From a bacterium ADurb.Bin243 (GTDB taxonomy: Bacteria > Muiribacteriota > UBA9980), in assembly GCA_002069765.1 (NCBI GenBank), contig MWBZ01000014.1:7469-71468 (forward strand): a DNA stretch of 64,000 bases. Reading direction: 5' to 3'. The position numbers were made by a program, and so were the translations under genes. Positions within the stretch are counted from its first letter, which is position 1. Each line of letters begins with the position of its first letter. A model generated the notes under the pieces. It was given only the letters and a program-made list of their open reading frames with translations. It was not told the origin of the DNA and searched no databases. Shown piece after piece: positions 6,873 through 17,003 of the stretch.

Positions 6873-9800
6873 TTACCTTAATACAGCTATCTTACCATAC
6901 TTTTCTACATTCTTATCGGCACAATTTACCTTTATTTTATAAAAATAAACGCCGTTTGCAACAATTTTTCCGTCATCGTTAGTTAAACCCAGCCATACTG
7001 CCTTAAAATTATTTCCTGTCTGCATCGGCACTAATTCGGTGACGAGGTTCGCGCTGCCGTCGTAAATATAAACTTTAGCGTCTATGGCGTTACCGATCGC
7101 ACCGTTAACGGTAAAGGATATGGTAGGGTTTGCGCCGCGGCGGGCAGGATTCGGGTACGAAACCGCGTTGACTATATCGGGATCGGAAGCCGGAGCGATA
7201 ACCTGGACTGCCTGACGGGATACGTTTCCGGAATTATCGGCGATTTCGAACACTATTTCATGATTGCCCGCTTTAAGTTCGTTGTCCACGTAGTATGTTA
7301 TTTTCGAATCTTTTTCGCTGTAATTAGCCTTATATGCCACGCCGTCGATTTTGACCACGGCTTTATCGGCGTCGATGCCGGAGCCGAAATCCGATACGTA
7401 AGCGAACAATTCAGGTTTAATCGAATCCAGTTTAGTTTTTCCGTCGAGCGCCTGTTTTAAGAACAGCGGCTCTTTGTTATCCATGAACACGCCGTAAACT
7501 CCGGTGTATTTCATTTCGGCTTCGAATTTTTCGCCGTTATATTTGCCGCCGGCCCTTTCCCACAATATGCCGTCGGTCGAAAAATAAACGCCCATTTTTG
7601 AAAGGTTCGCTTTGCGTGTTTCGTCTAAAGAGCAGTCTATGAAGATTTTGCCGCTCGTCTTGAGGCCTCTCGAAGGAGATATATCATAAAACGAAGATAC
7701 CTGTTCGAGTTCGGCTTTCGGCTGTTCTTTATTTTCAGCAGCCGACTGCGCGCTCGCGCTTTCGAGTTTAACTTCGGCCTGACCGTTTCCGCTAATATTA
7801 ACCATCATCATTTTATTACCGAGCGTTTTAATGCGCATCGTTTCGCCTTCGCGTTTTAAATTATCCGAAGCGGCCATTCTGGCCGGCGATTTTGGAGCTT
7901 TCTGACTAACTTTAGCCAGATAATCGTTGCCGACGTATTCGAGCTTATACGGAAATACGTATAAATTGGAATCCTGACTAATTGCGCGTTTAGGAATTTC
8001 TACCCTGACGCCCATATCTCGCGACTCGATAACGCTGCCCTGATTGGCTTTATACTGGGCCATAAGGAATTTTCCGTCTTTTATAACGTCCGGAGTAGGC
8101 CAGTAGCCTATGTTGTTGCGGGTGTCCAGCCCGGAAATCCTTATATTGTTTTCGCCTATCGTACCGCTGGTCGAAGACGCGTAGAGGTTTTTAGCCATAA
8201 TATTCACCGGCAGCTGATTTACGTCGCCGTTGGATATGGTTATATAACAAGCCGGCGCGAAAAGCAGAGTTTCGGAAGCCTGCATATTGATCAGGACGTT
8301 CTTTTCATCGATGGGATTGAGGAAAGTCTTGACCACGAAGCCCGGAGCCGTATCAATTTCAAAGTATTTATAATACGTGACGCTTCCGCCGTCCATGGTA
8401 TTCCATGACGCGTCAAGAAAGCCCGTGACGATAACGTCTGCCATGCCGTCAAACTGAGCGCCCTGGCCGAAAGGAATAAATCCGTAACCGGTGACGGATT
8501 TGCCGCTGACGGCTAGATCGGTCACTTCTACGGGCGTGGTGCCGTCGGCGGACTTCGGGTCGAATTTAATCGAAGGCGCGACGACGTAATCGCTTAGCGG
8601 AAGCATATCTATCGGAGTATTGAAAAGGACCTCGAATTTAACTTTGCCCGATGTTATATATCCGTTCGAGTTTGGAGACGGATCGGTTATTATAACGCTA
8701 TTTATCTTGGGTATTTTTCTATTTACATATATTCTCGCCAATTCTGACTGCGTCGACATATTGCCGGCGCGGTCTTTAACGAAAGCCACCACTCTGTATT
8801 CTCCGTCCTGATCGGGGAACGTGATATCCACTTCGTTAGTATCGTAACCATGGACCTCGGTTTTCGTGCCGAGTTCGATGTAAGTGGAAGAAACGCCGTC
8901 GAGAATGCGAAGGTATCCGACGGAAATAGTGTAACCTACCGTGCTCGGAGCGCCTTCATATAACAGCACTTTCACCCTGACGCGGCGCTGTTTGACATAT
9001 GTGGTGTTTACCAGGGGCGCGATGTTTTCGTGTTTGGGGTTGAGGCCGAGATAATCTATAACGCCTACTATCTTGGGCATCTGAGGCGGAAGATTATCGA
9101 CTGTGAACTGCCTGCGTTCCGAAGTCCCATAAACCTGGCCCGAAGAATTAAGCGCCGAAACCTGCCAGTAGTATATCTTGCCGTGCTCGAGAAGCTGGTT
9201 CTGCAAAGTACCGTCAAAAAACGATATGGCCGTGGTGTCATATTTGTATGGGTTCGTAAACGAAAGGTTTCCGGCTACCTCGAGCCTGTACATGCTCGCG
9301 CCATGGAGCGATTTCCATGAAAAACGGAAATTTTTGCTCTGTACGTTGACGAACTCGTCATTTGCGGGCGAGTCAAGCAATACTACGTCGGTGGTGCCGG
9401 CGGCAGTCAGCGACCAGCTGAATCCGTGCGTATCTGCGATTCCGGCGGGTTTGCCGATGCCGTTGCCGGCGCGGTCAACCGTGCCGCCTGCGGCGCCCGG
9501 AGCGCTCGGCGGTACTATCGTAAACTGATAATTGTGTCCCGGCGTATAAGGCGTGCCGGTTCTGAAAATAAGTTCTTTATTGGTCGCGTCATAAACGAGG
9601 TTGACCGGAGTAGAGTCGGTGCCGTATGTGTTAACTTGAATGCCGTTATCGAGAACTTCAAGCGCGGCCCTCGCAATTCCGGAGTAATTATCGGTCAATC
9701 TGCATTTGACGACGCCATTATTCATGTCGTATATTATCCCGCCGTCGGCAGGGTTTGGCGATTCAGCCACAGGGCCTACGTTATCGTATAAAAACGAAAG

Positions 9801-12641
9801 GTTGACAGGCGAGTTTTGCAGAGCGCGGCCCGTACGGTCGTTAGCGGCTCTGAGCGATACGGTATTGGTTCCCTGATTGATAAGAGTAGTTTCATTTTGA
9901 AGATTAATCACCAGAACTTCGTTAGTAGTGCCTGTTACCCAGCTCACCTGCGAATCTCCGTCGCGAAAAGTCCGGCCGTTGATATCTATTAAAAGCGAAC
10001 GATGGTCTATTAAATCGTCGTCTACGAGAGTAGTCCTTATCATAAGAGGTTCTGCATTGGAATAGTTAAAAACCGTCGCTGAAACAGGAGGCTGCGGAGT
10101 GCATTCGGCTAAGGCGACAACCGGGCCGGCCGAAGTCGATATGGAAAACGCCCATGTATATGAAGCGGCCAGCACGTTCGGAAGAGGCGCGGCGCCGTTA
10201 GGCGGCGATACCGCGCGGTCGCGGGCCGTTACGAGAACGACTTCTACCGAGCCTACGCCGAGAGTGAAACCGCTACTAGCCAGAGTAGGATTAAATACAA
10301 GCGTTTTTGTTGACGCGTTATATGTGAGACCAGGTTCGGTGGCGCTATCGATAGTGAATTCGCGTGTAAAGCTGTTTGTCGGATTTGCCAGCGATATATA
10401 ATTAATTCTGAGCCTTACCGAATCGGTGGAAGTATCGAGCCCCGCGCCGGCGTCGTCGAGCTTTAAAGATATAATAGGAGTGGATGAAGTCGTTACGGTA
10501 TTATTTGCAGGGCTCGGATTCGAAGCTGCCGGCGGCGTCGTATCTACATAAAAAGTCCACGGATAAGGGGTCATAACATTTCCCGTGCGGTCTTTTGCGC
10601 TCACGGTAACGCTTACGGTGCCGTCGACGAAATCGGTCGGAGGAGTGAGCGTAAGAACCGAATCGGTTCCGCCGGCCGCCGCGTCGGTTAAAACGAGGTT
10701 TGGCCCTACGTTAAAAGTCATATATGACGAACCGTTGGCTATATTCATAACCACGGAGCTTCTGTCTATAAGGTCGGAATCGTCCAGATGCAAGACTACG
10801 GTAGGCCTTTTTGAATTATAATAAAATCCCGCCGTCGGCTGCGGCTGATTGGGTATCGGCGCATCCGCGTTGGTGTTAACGGTAAACGACCATACCGCGG
10901 GGCTGCCGGGCGAACCCGCCGTTCCGCCGAGAGGGTTTCCGACCATATCGTTAGCGGTTACGGAAACATTAACGACGCCGCGAGGATATTTAAGCCCGAT
11001 TATTTGAGGCCTGAAAATAAGCTGATATACGCCGGCCGCGCCGGTGGTGACAAGGCTTACCGCGGGACTCGCGCCGGGAGCGCTGGTTCCGCCGACACCG
11101 TAAGCAGTGCCGTTAACGGTTATTACGGCCGTATTTCTATCGACGCCCGAAATCGCGTCGGTTAAGTTGCATAAAATTTCCGTCTGGTCCGTCGCGTTTG
11201 CAAAGCCGCTGGGCGGCACCTGAGAGTTAGCGACCAGGGTGGGTCCTATAGAATCTACTATAATCGAATCTTTAGCCGAAGTGGAAAAATTTCCGAGGTT
11301 GTCCTGGGCTTTTACATATATTTCCCATGTCCCTTCGGTCGTTACGGTAAGCGTGCCGTTGCCGCCGCCGTTTGCGCCGGGGCCGCCGTCGGTCCAGCCG
11401 GTAACATCGGCGGTATTGGCGTTAGCCGGAGGCGTCTGGGCGGCAATGTACCAGAATTTCGAAAGCCTGTCCACGCCGAGCGAATGTGAAAATCCCTGCC
11501 AGTTGAAACTCAAAGTGCGGCTGCTCGAATATTGCGCGTCGCTGGCGATAGATACTCTTGCGCCGGACGAACTCGGACCGCTGACGTTTATAGTAAAGCT
11601 TCCGCCGGTTTGTATAACGGTTCCCATATTGCCGCCCGGTTTTGCCTGATCGCGGGCTACCGCGAACATGGTAAACGAGCCGTCCGAAGTGGGCGATCCG
11701 TTAATTGTCGGCTTATTAGCCGCATCTTTGGCGATAGTAAGCGTGGTAGTGAAAGTCTGAGCGTAAGTTCCGGCCGGTACCGGAGTGAGGGTAAGCGGAA
11801 TGCCGACGCCGCTAGGCGGAACTACGCTGAGTGTGGTATCGGCAGTACCGACGGGTTCGGTTACGGTCATAGTCACTCTGACCGTACCCGCGCCGAAAGG
11901 CATGGTAGAGGGATCGTAAGTTATATTGAATTGCGGCGCCGTGATATCTACTTTCACTGAAACGGAGTTCGATGTGAGAGAGTTGCCGGTGACGGCGGTT
12001 ACGCTGTGGAAATTATCGTCGGCGGGCACGGTCACGGTATAAGCCCAGTTGGTTCCCGTGGACATTACCGAACCTACTACGGAGCCGTCGAGCTGAATTT
12101 CCATCGTCTGGCCGCTGAACTGACATGTACCGAAAACTTTAACTTCGGTTTTTCTATAAATTAAAGACGTAGTCGCGGGGATCGCATCGCTTTCAACCTG
12201 GGATATTACGGCAGGCTGGGTGGGAACAGGGGTGGCGTTCGAAGCCACGGTAATCTGGTTACCGGTCACAGGCGCCGCGCCGAGATTAGCGTAAACATTG
12301 TAAACTCCAGGTGACACCGTAAAAGTGCCGCTTCCGGTTCCGACAGTATTATTGATGCCGGCGCTGATCGATATGCTTCCGCCGCTATAACTGGCTCCGC
12401 CGGAAGAGATGCCCCATGTAATGGTTACCGCGTCGGTATCGCCGGGCAGGGTGCCGGTTCCGCGTTCGATTACCGCTATAGCGTTAATCGATACGGATTG
12501 AGTCGGCTGCGATATGGTGATAGTCGTCGGGGAAGCGACTATGCTTTTTAAAGTGACCGCGGCGTTCGCGGACGGAGCGCATGCCGTTATCGCGGCGATT
12601 AAAAATACCCCCAAAATCCAGTAATTAAGCAGTTTTTTCAT
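6873..12641 (-). CDS. Giant (about 1922 aa) secreted Ig-like-repeat surface protein with a C-terminal FlgD-Ig / T9SS-type sorting-domain-like module
   Basis: ATG at 12639-12641 with GGAAGGTG upstream; the track used a GTG 9 nt further up. Signal peptide MKKLLNYWILGVFLIAAITACAPSANA. Recurrent Ig-repeat signature x(A/K)xDxxGN (VKAQDNLGN, VTANDMVGN, VSAKDRTGN, AANDRTGR, FVKDRAGN, IADNSGN). C-terminus SYPNPARRGANPTISF...KVYIYDGSANLVTEL...VANGVYFYKIKV... Confidence 0.9.
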   Translation of the reverse strand: MKKLLNYWILGVFLIAAITACAPSANAAVTLKSIVASPTTITISQPTQSVSINAIAVIERGTGTLPGDTDAVTITWGISSGGASYSGGSISISAGINNTVGTGSGTFTVSPGVYNVYANLGAAPVTGNQITVASNATPVPTQPAVISQVESDAIPATTSLIYRKTEVKVFGTCQFSGQTMEIQLDGSVVGSVMSTGTNWAYTVTVPADDNFHSVTAVTGNSLTSNSVSVKVDITAPQFNITYDPSTMPFGAGTVRVTMTVTEPVGTADTTLSVVPPSGVGIPLTLTPVPAGTYAQTFTTTLTIAKDAANKPTINGSPTSDGSFTMFAVARDQAKPGGNMGTVIQTGGSFTINVSGPSSSGARVSIASDAQYSSSRTLSFNWQGFSHSLGVDRLSKFWYIAAQTPPANANTADVTGWTDGGPGANGGGNGTLTVTTEGTWEIYVKAQDNLGNFSTSAKDSIIVDSIGPTLVANSQVPPSGFANATDQTEILCNLTDAISGVDRNTAVITVNGTAYGVGGTSAPGASPAVSLVTTGAAGVYQLIFRPQIIGLKYPRGVVNVSVTANDMVGNPLGGTAGSPGSPAVWSFTVNTNADAPIPNQPQPTAGFYYNSKRPTVVLHLDDSDLIDRSSVVMNIANGSSYMTFNVGPNLVLTDAAAGGTDSVLTLTPPTDFVDGTVSVTVSAKDRTGNVMTPYPWTFYVDTTPPAASNPSPANNTVTTSSTPIISLKLDDAGAGLDTSTDSVRLRINYISLANPTNSFTREFTIDSATEPGLTYNASTKTLVFNPTLASSGFTLGVGSVEVVLVTARDRAVSPPNGAAPLPNVLAASYTWAFSISTSAGPVVALAECTPQPPVSATVFNYSNAEPLMIRTTLVDDDLIDHRSLLIDINGRTFRDGDSQVSWVTGTTNEVLVINLQNETTLINQGTNTVSLRAANDRTGRALQNSPVNLSFLYDNVGPVAESPNPADGGIIYDMNNGVVKCRLTDNYSGIARAALEVLDNGIQVNTYGTDSTPVNLVYDATNKELIFRTGTPYTPGHNYQFTIVPPSAPGAAGGTVDRAGNGIGKPAGIADTHGFSWSLTAAGTTDVVLLDSPANDEFVNVQSKNFRFSWKSLHGASMYRLEVAGNLSFTNPYKYDTTAISFFDGTLQNQLLEHGKIYYWQVSALNSSGQVYGTSERRQFTVDNLPPQMPKIVGVIDYLGLNPKHENIAPLVNTTYVKQRRVRVKVLLYEGAPSTVGYTISVGYLRILDGVSSTYIELGTKTEVHGYDTNEVDITFPDQDGEYRVVAFVKDRAGNMSTQSELARIYVNRKIPKINSVIITDPSPNSNGYITSGKVKFEVLFNTPIDMLPLSDYVVAPSIKFDPKSADGTTPVEVTDLAVSGKSVTGYGFIPFGQGAQFDGMADVIVTGFLDASWNTMDGGSVTYYKYFEIDTAPGFVVKTFLNPIDEKNVLINMQASETLLFAPACYITISNGDVNQLPVNIMAKNLYASSTSGTIGENNIRISGLDTRNNIGYWPTPDVIKDGKFLMAQYKANQGSVIESRDMGVRVEIPKRAISQDSNLYVFPYKLEYVGNDYLAKVSQKAPKSPARMAASDNLKREGETMRIKTLGNKMMMVNISGNGQAEVKLESASAQSAAENKEQPKAELEQVSSFYDISPSRGLKTSGKIFIDCSLDETRKANLSKMGVYFSTDGILWERAGGKYNGEKFEAEMKYTGVYGVFMDNKEPLFLKQALDGKTKLDSIKPELFAYVSDFGSGIDADKAVVKIDGVAYKANYSEKDSKITYYVDNELKAGNHEIVFEIADNSGNVSRQAVQVIAPASDPDIVNAVSYPNPARRGANPTISFTVNGAIGNAIDAKVYIYDGSANLVTELVPMQTGNNFKAVWLGLTNDDGKIVANGVYFYKIKVNCADKNVEKYGKIAVLR

Positions 12642-12789
12642 TACCTTCACCTTCCGTAAATATATAAAATAATACTAAAATTCAAAAAAAACACTGTTAA
12701 TATATGCAACATATCGGAAAAAAGATGAAAATATTTATCGGAATTTTTGACGCCTTCATGGCGCCATTGTGAAAACCGGCCACAAAGTA

Positions 12790-15543
12790 TTATTCAGCGG
12801 AAACCGGCGAAGTTTCAATTATTATTTCAGTGGACATGACTCTTTTTATAAGCCGGTACAGCTCTTCGATTTTATATGGCTTCGCGAGAAACGCTTTAAA
12901 TCCGATCCGGTTGTAATCGCTTCTGACCGAACCGCTGTAATAGCCGCTGGAAGCTATAGCGACGGCGCTTTCATCCATCGCTTTAATTTTTTCAATAGTT
13001 TCGACGCCGCCCATTCCTCCCGGAATAGTAAGATCGAATATTAAAATATCGTATTTATTATTTTCATCCATAGATTTTTTATATAATTCTATAGCTTCCG
13101 AGCCGTCCTTACAACAATCGACGCTCATTCCAAAAGTAGTTAAAATTTCGCCGACCGCTTCCCTTATAAAAACTTCATCATCGAGTAAAAGTACTCTTCC
13201 TTCAAGTCTTTTTACCGGTTCGTCATCGTCGTCAGCCTTAGCCGCGCCGGGCGCGGAAGAAACCGGCAGATACAGGCAAAACGAAGCGCCTTCGCCTTTT
13301 TTTGAATCCACCGTTATAATCCCGCCGTGTTTTCTAACTATAGCGAAAGCCGAAGTAAGCCCCAGGCCGCTGCCTTTGTCTTTAGTCGTAAAATAAGGGT
13401 CGAATAATTTTGGCAGTTCCTGCTCGCCAATACCCGCGCCGTTATCTTTGAACGTTATCTTAACATATCTGCCGTTCTTCAGCGGCAGATACATCTGATC
13501 GTTAACCTCGAAATGGCTGGCGCTGATTTCTAAAATGCCTCCCGAAGAAGGCATGGCCTGCATGGCGTTAATCGCAAGGTTCGTAAAAACCTGGTTCATC
13601 TGGCCTTCGTCAATCTCAGCGCATGGCAGTTCTTTTTCAAAATCAAACCTGCAATTCACGTTTGAACCGCGCATAGTGAACGAAACGGTATTTTTTAGCA
13701 TATCGCCAATTAAAACCGGCCTGGTAAGGGGCTTGTTATCCTTTGAAAATGTCAGAAGCTGCATGGTAAGAGTTTTCGCTTTAAAAGACACTTCTTCGGC
13801 GCGTTTTATCATTTCAATCGCTTTAGCGTCGCTTTCTATGCGCGTTCTCAAAAGCGATAGATTGCCGAGTATTCCCATGAGCATATTGTTAAAATCGTGG
13901 GCGATTCCGCCTGCGATTATTCCTAAAGATTCAATTTTTGCGGCCTTTATGATATCGGCTTCCATTTTTTCACGCGCTATGATTTCGTTTTTTAGCTTTT
14001 CATTTATCAGCGCGAGTTCCGCCGTGCGTTCCTTTACTTTATAATCCAGCTCGTCGTTTATTTTTTCAAGCCGCTCGCGGGCGTTTTTCAATTCGGTTAT
14101 ATCTACTATTATTCCGCAAATTCCGCTCGGGCGGTTGTCGGTTATCATAACGTAAGAATGCACGATTGCCGGAAACGTCGTGTTATCTTTACGCATCATA
14201 AGATATTGACGGCCCGATGGTTCAGACGCTTTTTTCATTGAAATCATTTCCGCCATATTTTTCGTCGCCTTTTCGATATCGGAAGGATGAATCATCTGCA
14301 TAACATTCAGGCCGTTATCGAAATCGAATTTGTCGTATTTAAAAAAGTCATAAGCCGCGCGGTTGACGAATGTGAGGCGCCCGCTCAAGTCCGTTTCAAA
14401 GACTATCTGCGGAAGCGAATTAACCAGCTGTTGATATTTTAGCTTGCTTAAAAACAGTTCTTTTTCTACCTTATTTTGTTCCTCAATTTCAAATTCGAGC
14501 CTTTTCGTCGCCCTTTCATCGCTCGCGCAAAACAGGTAGCCTTTCAAATCTTTCCATTCGTCATAGATCGATGTGAGTACTATCTTTATGGGAATATCGC
14601 CATTAGGCTTAGTTCTGAGCCTGGATTCAAAAATTTCGATATTTTTAGAAGCCTTTGCGCCCGAATTGGATAGCATTTTTGAAATATCGATATCGACCAG
14701 CTCTGATACGCCGCGCCCTATAAGTTCGTCCGCGCTCAGGCAGCTAACATCGCAAACTCTTCCGTTTACGAATGTGACGGTATAACCGGGGTTTGTAATA
14801 ATAACGAAATCCATTATTCCCGATATAATTTCTTCCGAAAGCACTGCCGGCGAAAGGGTCATCAGCTTATAACGGCTTATAGCGTACCAGACGCCAAAAA
14901 ACCATATCAATATCGTAATATGAGCCATCAGAGGCACGTCTTTGAAGTTAAATAAAGGCAGGGCGATATCGGTTATTACTCCGGCCGCCAGAGTGGCCGT
15001 AGTAGCCGCAAGCAAAACTGCAAACTGTTTTCTCGCCCTGTTGGAGCGATTGGTTTTAATCCATTTGAGCAAAAAATAAATACATATGGTCGAATAAACT
15101 ACAAAATATAAGTCTATCGCGTTTGGCGAGGAATTGTTAAAGGTATGAAAACCGAAGTAAGCGCTCGGTTTGAACGAGACCATAGAATCGATCGCGCCCG
15201 AGAAAGATTTACAAATGAAAATAATCCAGGGCGAATATACGCATAAAATAAACAATCTATAATGCATTAAAGGCCGGGCGTCGGTAAGCGTCATAAAAAA
15301 AGTAAGAGCGGCCGCGGGAAAAAGGGTCCAGCCGATATCCGCTATCTTGTGCCAGTAAAGGCATTCGCTCACAATCGTAGAATTATAAACCATCACGGCG
15401 AAAAAGCTTTTAAAAGCCACGGCCGAGCACATTAAAATAAAGGCACGGTTCAAAGGCGATTTTTTATCCAGGGCGAAAGCATATAGCCCCAGATAAACGT
15501 AAATTATTGCCGCAAAAAATGAAAAATACGAGTAAAAATCCAT
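12790..15543 (-). CDS. Hybrid sensor histidine kinase (polytopic N-terminal membrane domain, PAS region, HisKA, HATPase_c, C-terminal receiver)
   Basis: H-box IAGGIAHDFNNMLMGILGNL. N/G boxes NLAINAMQAM, DNGAGI, GSGLGL. Receiver VLLLDDE...ILIFDLTIPGGMGG...KP. Confidence 0.9.
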   Translation of the reverse strand: MDFYSYFSFFAAIIYVYLGLYAFALDKKSPLNRAFILMCSAVAFKSFFAVMVYNSTIVSECLYWHKIADIGWTLFPAAALTFFMTLTDARPLMHYRLFILCVYSPWIIFICKSFSGAIDSMVSFKPSAYFGFHTFNNSSPNAIDLYFVVYSTICIYFLLKWIKTNRSNRARKQFAVLLAATTATLAAGVITDIALPLFNFKDVPLMAHITILIWFFGVWYAISRYKLMTLSPAVLSEEIISGIMDFVIITNPGYTVTFVNGRVCDVSCLSADELIGRGVSELVDIDISKMLSNSGAKASKNIEIFESRLRTKPNGDIPIKIVLTSIYDEWKDLKGYLFCASDERATKRLEFEIEEQNKVEKELFLSKLKYQQLVNSLPQIVFETDLSGRLTFVNRAAYDFFKYDKFDFDNGLNVMQMIHPSDIEKATKNMAEMISMKKASEPSGRQYLMMRKDNTTFPAIVHSYVMITDNRPSGICGIIVDITELKNARERLEKINDELDYKVKERTAELALINEKLKNEIIAREKMEADIIKAAKIESLGIIAGGIAHDFNNMLMGILGNLSLLRTRIESDAKAIEMIKRAEEVSFKAKTLTMQLLTFSKDNKPLTRPVLIGDMLKNTVSFTMRGSNVNCRFDFEKELPCAEIDEGQMNQVFTNLAINAMQAMPSSGGILEISASHFEVNDQMYLPLKNGRYVKITFKDNGAGIGEQELPKLFDPYFTTKDKGSGLGLTSAFAIVRKHGGIITVDSKKGEGASFCLYLPVSSAPGAAKADDDDEPVKRLEGRVLLLDDEVFIREAVGEILTTFGMSVDCCKDGSEAIELYKKSMDENNKYDILIFDLTIPGGMGGVETIEKIKAMDESAVAIASSGYYSGSVRSDYNRIGFKAFLAKPYKIEELYRLIKRVMSTEIIIETSPVSAE

Positions 15544-15568
15544 AATCTCCGCCGTTCGAATGAAGCAG

Positions 15569-16990
15569 CTATGCCTGATACTCTATTATATCGCCTTTTA
15601 AGACGAAATTAAACCCTTCGGTTATTTTTACTTTAACGAAACTGCCTATAAAATCCCTTCCTGTTACGGGAGCCTGAGCGATTACTACATGATTATCAAA
15701 AGTCCTGATGCTGAGTTCGTTTTTGCTTTTGGGCGCCGGGGCCTCTACGATGCCTTCGTGTATTTCGCCCGCCATGGAACGGTTAATATCAAAAGTTATA
15801 TCCATCTGAATCTTAACCAGTCTTTCAAGCCGTTCCAGCCTGGTTTCAAGAGGCACCGCGCCAGGAATCGAAAGCGCCGCGGTGCCTTCGCGTTCGGAAT
15901 AAAAAAATAAAAAGGCCGAATCGAACCTGACCGCGTTTAAAAGCGACACCGTATCGTTAAAATCTTCTTCGGTTTCCTGGGCGAAACCGGCTATAACATC
16001 GGTGGTAAGCGTTACGCCGGAAATCCTGGATTTAATTTTATCGATAAGCCCGAGGTAGTGTTCGCGGGTATATTTGCGGTTCATCAATTCCAGAATACGC
16101 GTGGAACCCGATTGGAAGGGCAGGTGTACATGAGGCGCAATATGCCGCGCCGCGGCCATTACGTCGATAAGCCGGTCTGAAAGGTCTTTTGGGTGCGACG
16201 TCATAAACCGCACGTAGAACCTGCCGTCGATAGCGTCGATTGTTTCGAGCAGATCGGCGAAAGTTTCCCCGCCTCCGCCGTTATAAGAATTAACGTTCTG
16301 GCCCAGCAGCGTTATTTCTTTATAACCGGACTCGACCAGCTGTCTGACTTCGTTTAAGATAACGTCGAAAGGCCTCGACTGCTCTCGGCCTCTGGTGTAC
16401 GGCACGATGCAATAAGAGCAGAAATTGTTGCAGCCGCGCATTATTGTAACATAGGCTTTAAAGCTGGATTCGCGGGCCACATCCTTTTCCGGCAGGTTGT
16501 CGCCGGTATTTTCAAAATCGCCGTAAATTCGAGCTCCTTTTAACTTCCGCCTCATTTTTAAATTAGCCTTTTCGTTGCCCTGCGCTTTCATTTCGCTTAG
16601 CATTTTAAGCTTTCTGGCGACCGCCTTATCGGCCAGCGCGAGAAGGCCCGGCAGCTCGCCGATGGATTTAGGGCCGAAAACAAGGTCCACATAAGGAAAG
16701 CGTTTTATGATGTTTTCGCGCTCTTTCTGCGCCACGCACCCGCAAATTCCTACTATAAGCGAAGGATTTACGTCCTTAAGCTTGATCAGATCGCCCAGAT
16801 GACTGTAAACTTTAGCTTCGGGTTTCGTCCGGACCGCGCATGTATTTATAAGCACGAGATCGGCCTCGCTTTTTGAATCCGTTTTTTCGTAGCCGAGCTT
16901 TATAAGCGCGCCAGCTATCATTTCACTGTCGGCAACGTTCATCTGACAGCCGAAAGTTATAATATGAAATTTTTTGTTGTCTTTTTTCAT
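15569..16990 (-). CDS. miaB: tRNA-i6A37 methylthiotransferase MiaB (radical SAM)
   Basis: FHIITFGCQMNVADSE N-terminal domain, radical-SAM cluster CNNFCSYCIVPYTRG, C-terminal TRAM-like domain. Ends with TAG. Confidence 0.85.
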   Translation of the reverse strand: MKKDNKKFHIITFGCQMNVADSEMIAGALIKLGYEKTDSKSEADLVLINTCAVRTKPEAKVYSHLGDLIKLKDVNPSLIVGICGCVAQKERENIIKRFPYVDLVFGPKSIGELPGLLALADKAVARKLKMLSEMKAQGNEKANLKMRRKLKGARIYGDFENTGDNLPEKDVARESSFKAYVTIMRGCNNFCSYCIVPYTRGREQSRPFDVILNEVRQLVESGYKEITLLGQNVNSYNGGGGETFADLLETIDAIDGRFYVRFMTSHPKDLSDRLIDVMAAARHIAPHVHLPFQSGSTRILELMNRKYTREHYLGLIDKIKSRISGVTLTTDVIAGFAQETEEDFNDTVSLLNAVRFDSAFLFFYSEREGTAALSIPGAVPLETRLERLERLVKIQMDITFDINRSMAGEIHEGIVEAPAPKSKNELSIRTFDNHVVIAQAPVTGRDFIGSFVKVKITEGFNFVLKGDIIEYQA

Positions 16991-17003
16991 GATTTTTCCT
17001 TTG

